From Actinomycetota bacterium (GTDB lineage Bacteria > Actinomycetota > Actinomycetes > Nanopelagicales > Nanopelagicaceae): 64,000 nucleotides of DNA. A program made the position numbers and the translations under genes. The stretch spans positions 7,183 to 71,182 of the forward strand of contig WLJX01000005.1 in NCBI GenBank assembly GCA_009701575.1, in the 5' to 3' direction. This document shows positions 57,740 through 64,000 of this stretch, piece after piece. The notes under the pieces were generated by a model. That model had not been told where the DNA came from. It saw nothing but the letters and a program-made list of their open reading frames with translations, and did not search any database. Positions within the stretch are counted from its first letter, which is position 1; each line of letters opens with the position of its first letter.

Positions 57740-57823
57740 TTGCCGAAGATACTCGCTATTTGCCGCAGTGATTAGCAGGTTCAGAGCACTGCATTTTGCG
57801 TGTCATAATTACCCCTGCAACAC

Positions 57824-57898
57824 GCCTCCCTAGCTCAGTGGTAGAGCAACGCACTTGTAATGCGTAGGTCGTCAGTTCAATCCTGACGGGGGGCTCCA
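57824..57898 (+). tRNA. tRNA-Thr(UGU)
   Basis: Acceptor gcctccc/ggggggc, D arm gctc-agtggta-gagc, anticodon arm acgca-ct-TGT-aa-tgcgt, T arm gtcag-ttcaatc-ctgac, encoded CCA. Confidence 0.97.
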
Positions 57899-59500
57899 TT
57901 AATTATTTAAATTGTCTAGAGAAATTACTTTCCCCGGTATATCTAATTCCAAGTGTGAAACGATAATGACAGTTCTTGTATCCAGAATGGTTGAAATTCT
58001 TCTTGCAATTCGAGAAACCTGTGTTGCATCTAAGAATTCAAATGGTTCATCCAAGATAAATACTGGAGTAGCCCGTAGTAGCAATCTTGCTAATTTCATC
58101 CGTTGTTTTTCGCCACCCGAAAAATTGTATCCAAGTGGCCCGATATGAGTGTCTAAGCCTTCTGGTAATTTCAAGATCAAATCGCTAAGTTCAACGGTTT
58201 CCAGAGCTTGAAATAATTCTCGATCTGTTGCATCTAGTTTCCCAATTCTAAGGTTCTCGCGGATGGATGTAGCAAAAAGATAGTCATCCTGTAGCAGCAC
58301 CGAAAAAAGCTGTTCATGATTCACAGAAAGCTCTTCGCCATTAATTTCAATTTGGCCAGCAAAAGGTGTGAAATCTAGAAGCGAATTTATCAAGGACGAT
58401 TTTCCCGAACCTGATTTACCCATGATTATCAAGGTTTCACCAGTACTAACCTTTGCTGATAACGGTGCACACCTCGCCCCAGGAATTATCGGAGTTACAT
58501 TTATAAAGTTTATTGTGACGCTTTGAGCAAGTGGCTTAGAAACTTCTTCTAGTTCAAGATTATGAATTGGTTCAAGATATGGTGCAAGGTTTCGCGAAGC
58601 TTCGAGTATCTTTGCAAGTTGGGAAAATGCAGCAGGCAAGGCGCTGATTCCTTCAAATATAGCAAGGGGAAGAAGTGCAATAACGGCAACATTGACTCCT
58701 GCTAGATCTTTAGCAAGAAAGCCTTCAGCCGCAAAATAGAGCGCAGTCATTGAAGCAATTCCTAATAAGACTAGATGAAGTGCACTGGCGTATCCCGAAC
58801 GCTTAGCGCTCCGCTCTTGCATAACCGCAATACTGTCTTGTGCAAGCTCCATCTCTAGCAATAAATCACTTTTAAAGTCGAAGATGAGCGCTTCGTTTGC
58901 GCTTTCAGCAACCTGCATTACTTGTGAGAAGAGTTCGGCCTCGTGCTCTCGTTCGCTTTGAGGTGTAGTTATAACCGCAGCGAGGATCGGAATCACGAAG
59001 ATTGCGACAAGGAAAATTAGGGAGAGCGCGTCGCCCGCGCTAGGGGAAAGGTAATGAATTATTCCAAGGCCACTTACACCTGCAATCAAAGCGCTTAACC
59101 ACGGTAAAAAAACTCGGAGCCACAGGTCTTGAACAAGTTCAGCATCACTTATTATTTGCGAGAGTAGATTCCCACGGCTGAGTTTTATGAAGTTAATTGG
59201 TAAGAACTTAGAGATCTGTTCATAGATCCTAATGCGGAGTGTTGTTTGAATTTTAAGAGCGGCATCATGTTCGGTAATTCTCGCTGCGTATTTCAAGGTT
59301 CCACGTGATAAACCAAAGAACCGAACGGCAACAATCGCAACTTGTAGCATCAATATCGGTGGTCGAGTTGAAGCCATCGAAATTAGCCAAGCGCTTGCCG
59401 CAAGTAATCCGACTGCAGAACCAAGTGATAAACCTCCAAGCAGACCCCCCAGTGCAAGTTGTCTCCAGTTAGGTTTTAGTAGTGAGAATAAATCCTTCAA
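57899..59500 (-). CDS. cydC: Thiol-reductant ABC exporter CydC
   Basis: SAWLI, VAVRFFGLSR..Y..R...HD, GKSGSGKS, FSGGE, LDEP. Confidence 0.9.
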   Translation of the reverse strand: MKDLFSLLKPNWRQLALGGLLGGLSLGSAVGLLAASAWLISMASTRPPILMLQVAIVAVRFFGLSRGTLKYAARITEHDAALKIQTTLRIRIYEQISKFLPINFIKLSRGNLLSQIISDAELVQDLWLRVFLPWLSALIAGVSGLGIIHYLSPSAGDALSLIFLVAIFVIPILAAVITTPQSEREHEAELFSQVMQVAESANEALIFDFKSDLLLEMELAQDSIAVMQERSAKRSGYASALHLVLLGIASMTALYFAAEGFLAKDLAGVNVAVIALLPLAIFEGISALPAAFSQLAKILEASRNLAPYLEPIHNLELEEVSKPLAQSVTINFINVTPIIPGARCAPLSAKVSTGETLIIMGKSGSGKSSLINSLLDFTPFAGQIEINGEELSVNHEQLFSVLLQDDYLFATSIRENLRIGKLDATDRELFQALETVELSDLILKLPEGLDTHIGPLGYNFSGGEKQRMKLARLLLRATPVFILDEPFEFLDATQVSRIARRISTILDTRTVIIVSHLELDIPGKVISLDNLNN

Positions 59501-61134
59501 TTTGTCCTCGCCATATCTGTAACGTTTGTGGAACCAGAAATCATCTGTTGGCGATGGGTAATTAGTAGAACTAGCGCTCCTTGCGCTGCTTTCTTGCTCA
59601 ATATTTTCGAGATGATTTCTTCACTTACATCATCGACCGATGCGGTTGGCTCATCGAGAATCAAGAGCTGACAGTCTTTTAGAAGTGCCCGGGCTAGCGC
59701 GATCTTGCGAAGTTGCCCGATCGAAAGCGGCTGCTTTAGATTCCCTAATTGCGTGCCAAGACCGCTTGATAAATCGCTAATGTTTAAATCAACTTCCCGC
59801 AATAATTCTTCAAGTTCATTATCTGTAGCGCTCGGCTTTGCGTGACGCAGAATTTGTGCGACTGTGCCAATTGGAAATTTTGGCTCTTGAGGAAGCCAAG
59901 AAATCTGCTTATGTAAATCGATTGCAGCAATTTCAGACAGCGGAATATCACCGTTTTCAGTACTGAATAAAAGCTCACCACTAGTTGGTTGTACGAAGCC
60001 TAATAAAATATTTGCAAGGGTTGATTTTCCAACTCCCGAAGGACCAATTAGAAGTTGCGTACTTCCGGCTGATATTTGGCCAGATGGAATTTGAAGTGGA
60101 GCCCTATCTGGATATTCAACTGTTAATTGGCTCCAAGTAATTGCGTTCAATCTTTTAAAGCTGCGGCCGCGATTAACTGCAGGTCGATCTAGAATTTTGA
60201 AGAGTTTTTCAAACGCGTTAAGGCCATCAGCTGCCGCATGGAAATAACCTGCCACCTGACGAATTGGCCAGTAAACCTCGGGCGCTATTATCAAAATAAA
60301 GAGTCCGGTTTGTAGTGCAATTGATCCATTCACTAATCGCAAGCCAATTGAAACAGCTAGTAAGGCAACAGAGAGCGTGGCAACTAATTCCAGGGCCAGG
60401 GAAGAGAGAAATGAGATTCGTAAAACTGACATCGTTTCTTTACGGTAAGAATCTCCGACCTCTTTAAGTTTTGCGCTTTGAATCTTCTCTCGACCATAAA
60501 CCTTTAGCGTTGTTAATCCGCTCAGTAGATCAAGAAAATAGGTACTCAGAATTCCAAGGCTGCGCCATTTCTTCTCGGTAGCACTTGCAGTGAATCGACC
60601 AATTAAGATGCCAAAGATTGGAATCAACGGAAGAGTCAATAAGACAATAACTCCAGCCTGCCAGTCCTGAACTGCAATTGTGATTCCGACCGTGAGGGGA
60701 ATTATTGCAGCTATAAATAACTGCGGTAGGAACTTAGAGAAGTAACCATCTAGATCGTTAATTCCCTTTGTAATCAAGAGCGATAGCCCAGCACTCCCCA
60801 GTTTTTGCACATCTTGCGCGCCAGAATCGAGAGTTTTCACCATAATCTGATTGCGCAATTCATTGCGAATACGAGAACTTGCGGTTGTCGAAATCTGATC
60901 AATTGTAAAAGCAATCAATGCGCGGCAGAGAAAGACCACTGCCAAGAAAGTAATTGCCTTTTTATTCTCAATAAAACTCTGCTGCGATACGAAGAGCCTT
61001 GTAATAATTGATGCCAATAGATACGCCTGGGTAATCGTTGTTGCTGCGCTCAATACCGCGAGAGCTACGGTTGTGAAAATAAAACCGCGGCTACTGCGGG
61101 AATATCGCAGGAGCCGCGGATCTAAAGGTTTCAC
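59497..61134 (-). CDS. cydD: Thiol-reductant ABC exporter CydD
   Basis: MKPLDPRLL, YFSKFLPQ, TLPLIP.F, LRISFLSS, GPSGVGKS, LDEPTA. Confidence 0.92.
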   Translation of the reverse strand: MKPLDPRLLRYSRSSRGFIFTTVALAVLSAATTITQAYLLASIITRLFVSQQSFIENKKAITFLAVVFLCRALIAFTIDQISTTASSRIRNELRNQIMVKTLDSGAQDVQKLGSAGLSLLITKGINDLDGYFSKFLPQLFIAAIIPLTVGITIAVQDWQAGVIVLLTLPLIPIFGILIGRFTASATEKKWRSLGILSTYFLDLLSGLTTLKVYGREKIQSAKLKEVGDSYRKETMSVLRISFLSSLALELVATLSVALLAVSIGLRLVNGSIALQTGLFILIIAPEVYWPIRQVAGYFHAAADGLNAFEKLFKILDRPAVNRGRSFKRLNAITWSQLTVEYPDRAPLQIPSGQISAGSTQLLIGPSGVGKSTLANILLGFVQPTSGELLFSTENGDIPLSEIAAIDLHKQISWLPQEPKFPIGTVAQILRHAKPSATDNELEELLREVDLNISDLSSGLGTQLGNLKQPLSIGQLRKIALARALLKDCQLLILDEPTASVDDVSEEIISKILSKKAAQGALVLLITHRQQMISGSTNVTDMARTN

Positions 61135-62174
61135 GCGTGAATAGAATCCAATACGCCAGATTCTGGATTAGCAATCTGATTTGGATGTATTCGCTTGCGA
61201 AATACCCAATAAGTCCAACCTTGGTAAAGCAGAACCAATGGAGTCATTACTGCTGCAACCACTGTCATAACTTTCAAGGTGTATTGAGTACTAGATGCAT
61301 TGAAGATATCGAGCCCTGGGCCACCTGCTGTGATGTTTGGCATCACATTTGGATAGAGACCAAAGAACAGAGTGATAACAACAAAAGCTGTTGTTATGGC
61401 TGAAAACAGGAAGGCCCAACCTTCACGACCCTTGTAATTTGCGGCTAAGGCAGCGAGCCAAGAAACTACAACGATCAAAGAACCAGTAACAACACTAGTT
61501 TTTGAAGTAAGTGCAGCAAGTGTCCAACCAAGGAAGGAGACTGCAAGAACTGCTGTTACGAGCCCCAGCTTTATTCCGATTGCATTTGAGCGAGTTCGGA
61601 TATCTCCTTCGGTCTTAAGAGCGAGAAAGAAAGCACCATGAGTCACGAATAAGGAGAGCGTTGTAAGCCCCCCAAGAAGTGCATATGGGTTTAGCAAGTT
61701 GAAGAATCCGCCAGCATATTCAATTGCGCCGGTTGCACTCTCTTCTAGTGGAACTCCACGTACGATATTTGCAAATGCAACACCCCATAGAAGTGCAGGA
61801 ATGAAGCTTGCAATAACTATCGCGTTATCCCAACTATTACGCCATTTAGCTTTTCCATACTTGCTGCGATATTCAAAAGCGACACCGCGAACAATTAATG
61901 AGATCAGGATTAGGAATAGTGGAAGGTAAAAACCACTAAACAAAGTGGCATACCACTCTGGGAACGCTGCGAATGTTGCACCACCTGCTACTAGTAACCA
62001 AACTTCGTTACCGTCCCATAGAGGACCGAGTGTTGTCAGAACTGCACGCCGCTCGGCTTGATTCTTCGCAACAACTTTTAGCAATATTCCTACGCCAAAG
62101 TCGAAACCTTCGAGAACGAAATAGCCAATCCAAAGAACAGCTATAAGTATGAACCAAACTGAATTAAGTGACAT
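61131..62174 (-). CDS. cydB: Cytochrome bd oxidase subunit II
   Basis: LEGFDFGVG, WDGNEVWL..AGGATFAAFP.WY, RGVAFEYR, YQGWTYWVF. Confidence 0.95.
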   Translation of the reverse strand: MSLNSVWFILIAVLWIGYFVLEGFDFGVGILLKVVAKNQAERRAVLTTLGPLWDGNEVWLLVAGGATFAAFPEWYATLFSGFYLPLFLILISLIVRGVAFEYRSKYGKAKWRNSWDNAIVIASFIPALLWGVAFANIVRGVPLEESATGAIEYAGGFFNLLNPYALLGGLTTLSLFVTHGAFFLALKTEGDIRTRSNAIGIKLGLVTAVLAVSFLGWTLAALTSKTSVVTGSLIVVVSWLAALAANYKGREGWAFLFSAITTAFVVITLFFGLYPNVMPNITAGGPGLDIFNASSTQYTLKVMTVVAAVMTPLVLLYQGWTYWVFRKRIHPNQIANPESGVLDSIHA

Positions 62175-62186
62175 TTTTCATTCCTC

Positions 62187-63572
62187 CTAGTAAGCCATTG
62201 TCAGTGTTTTAGATTCGCCACTTTGAACTGGAGTCATGTCGGTTCCAACTTTGATAGTGCGAACCATTAATCCAAATTCGATGACGGCAAGTACTCCATA
62301 AAGAAGAGTGAATGTGACCATTGTGAAGAGGACGCTTCCAGCACTTACCCCTGGACTTACGCCATCTGCGGTCTTAAACAATCCGAAGACAACCCAAGGT
62401 TGACGGGCACTTTCAGTAAATATCCAACCAAATGAGTTAGCGAGAATTGGTAGGAATGGAAGCGCGATCGTGGAACGCAGGTAGAACTTACTTCTAGGCA
62501 ATCCACCTTTGCGCATATACCAAAGTGTCATGAGTGCAAATAGCGCAGCTAAGCCACCAAAACCAATCATTAATCTAAATGACCAGTAAGCCATTGGAAT
62601 GTTAGGGGTGTAATCACCAACACCATATTTCTCTTCATATGATTTCTGGAGATCGTTTATTCCTTCAACTGTTCCATTGAAATCTCCGGTTGACATAAAG
62701 GAAAGCACGGAAGGAATTCCAATTTGGAATACCGCCTTGCTGCCATCAAGAGTTCCCAGAGTGAGGAGTGAGAATGGGGCGTTTGCTTTTGTCTCATAGA
62801 GAGCTTCAGCAGCAGCCATTTTCATAGGTTGTTGTTTAGTCATAATTCGCGCTGACCAGTCACCGGTTATTCCAACTAATAAGAATGAAACAACTATGAC
62901 AATTAAACCCGTCTTCATAACTGGGCGGGCAGCTTCAGGATCTCGTCCCTTAAGAACCATCCAGCCAGCAACTCCAGCAAATAGTGCACCAGCAGTTAAG
63001 AAAGCTGATGGAATTGTGTGGAAGAAAGCGGAGACTGCGGTGTTCTGAGTTAAGACTGCAACAATAGATTTCAATTCTGCGCGTCCAGTATCTGGATTGA
63101 ATTCATAACCAACTGGATGTTGCATGAATGCGTTTGCGGCGAGAATGAAATATGCAGAGACCAAAGTTCCGATTGACGCAATCCAAATTGTCGCAAGGTG
63201 CGCCTTCTTTGATAGACGATCCCAACCAAAGATCCAAAGACCAAGGAATGTGCTTTCGAGGAAGAAGGCAAGTAAACCTTCCATCGCTAGCGGAGCTCCA
63301 AAGATATCGCCAACAAAGCGACTGTAAGAGGACCAGTTCATACCGAATTGGAACTCCTGAACGATGCCTGTTACAACTCCAATTGCAAAGTTAATTAAGA
63401 ATAATTTCCCGAAGAACTTAGTAGCGCGTAAGTATTTTTCCTTATTGGTTCGATACCAAGCGGTTTGTAGGCCAGCCACAAGAAAACCAGATCCAATTGT
63501 GATTGGGACGAAAATAAAGTGGTACACAGTTGTAATGGCGAATTGCCATCTAGCCAGATCAAGTGCGTTCAT
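62187..63572 (-). CDS. cydA: Cytochrome bd oxidase subunit I
   Basis: LARWQF..T..YH, GVVTGIVQEFQFGMNW, QPMKMAAAE, GWIFTESARQPW; AGGAG RBS before ATG 63572. Confidence 0.95.
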   Translation of the reverse strand: MNALDLARWQFAITTVYHFIFVPITIGSGFLVAGLQTAWYRTNKEKYLRATKFFGKLFLINFAIGVVTGIVQEFQFGMNWSSYSRFVGDIFGAPLAMEGLLAFFLESTFLGLWIFGWDRLSKKAHLATIWIASIGTLVSAYFILAANAFMQHPVGYEFNPDTGRAELKSIVAVLTQNTAVSAFFHTIPSAFLTAGALFAGVAGWMVLKGRDPEAARPVMKTGLIVIVVSFLLVGITGDWSARIMTKQQPMKMAAAEALYETKANAPFSLLTLGTLDGSKAVFQIGIPSVLSFMSTGDFNGTVEGINDLQKSYEEKYGVGDYTPNIPMAYWSFRLMIGFGGLAALFALMTLWYMRKGGLPRSKFYLRSTIALPFLPILANSFGWIFTESARQPWVVFGLFKTADGVSPGVSAGSVLFTMVTFTLLYGVLAVIEFGLMVRTIKVGTDMTPVQSGESKTLTMAY

Positions 63573-63637
63573 TGGCACTCTCCTATCTCTTGCTTCAGAT
63601 TTTCCACTATTGAGAATGCAAAGTTCCAATTCTTTTT

Positions 63638-63655
63638 ATGTGGAGCGGCGCACAA
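63638..63655 (-). promoter_or_regulatory. Rex-operator-like palindrome upstream of cydA
   Basis: Minus strand ttgtgcgccgctccacat = TGTG-N8-CACA; Rex controls cydABDC in Streptomyces. Confidence 0.45.
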
Positions 63656-63739
63656 TGTAAGAGTTCAAGCGTGAATAGTTCGACTTTAATAAATCTTTGA
63701 GTGCTAGCCCTAGAGCAATAACTTTGGTATGAATAAGCC

Positions 63740-64000
63740 ATGGAACGCGACTTTGATGTAGTAATTATTGGTTCTGGTTTTGGTGGATCAGTTAGTGCGC
63801 TACGTCTTGTTGAAAAGAATTATCGAGTTTGCATTTTAGAAGCAGGTCGTAGATTCGAAGATAAAGATTTCCCAAAAACTTCCTGGCGAATTTCGAAGTT
63901 TCTATTTGCACCAAGACTTGGGCTTCGAGGTATTCAGAGAATTCATGCGCTTCCTGATGTCCTAGTTCTTGCTGGAGCCGGAGTTGGTGGTGGCTCACTT
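63740..64000 (+). CDS. GMC oxidoreductase, cholesterol-oxidase (ChoD)-like, 3'-truncated by the window
   Basis: [35 protein letters not shown]...[11 protein letters not shown]. Confidence 0.85.
   Translation, partial: MERDFDVVIIGSGFGGSVSALRLVEKNYRVCILEAGRRFEDKDFPKTSWRISKFLFAPRLGLRGIQRIHALPDVLVLAGAGVGGGSL

Noticed and set aside
57824-57898. Prophage or integrative element at tRNA-Thr
   Set aside because: No integrase, phage genes or duplicated tRNA 3' end seen in the window.

Overview
Chromosomal window from a small-genome, low-GC actinobacterium. It carries mycothiol genes, glnR, senX3-regX3, carD and many leaderless-type promoters, and overall most resembles freshwater acI / Ca. Nanopelagicales (inferred, not searched). 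1-28.5 kb is a cell-surface region. It holds three repeat-rich secreted proteins, a non-canonical SHMT-like enzyme with a TRIC-family transporter, and then a module of membrane-anchored ECF sigma factor, five-hairpin leader, abundant S-layer-like protein, strong terminator, O-antigen-ligase-like oligosaccharyltransferase and an AT-rich glycan cassette. At the right edge of the cassette are a candidate structured RNA, four 11-bp direct repeats and an unannotated ribbon-helix-helix microprotein. 28.5-35.6 kb holds a flavinylation electron-transfer operon interrupted by a single-chain HEPN-MNT toxin-antitoxin fusion, followed by sugar and amine genes. 35.6-57.9 kb is conserved actinobacterial core (half-length mshD, glnR, leader peptide-DUF4395-sulfurtransferase, fur, ygfZ, mshA, gpmA, phoU, senX3-regX3, carD, fused ispDF, cysS, rlmB, mreB, ppk1, mutT1, ppx, tRNA-Thr). 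The window ends with cydABDC and the start of a cholesterol-oxidase-like gene. All calls come from motif recognition by eye; no database searches were run.
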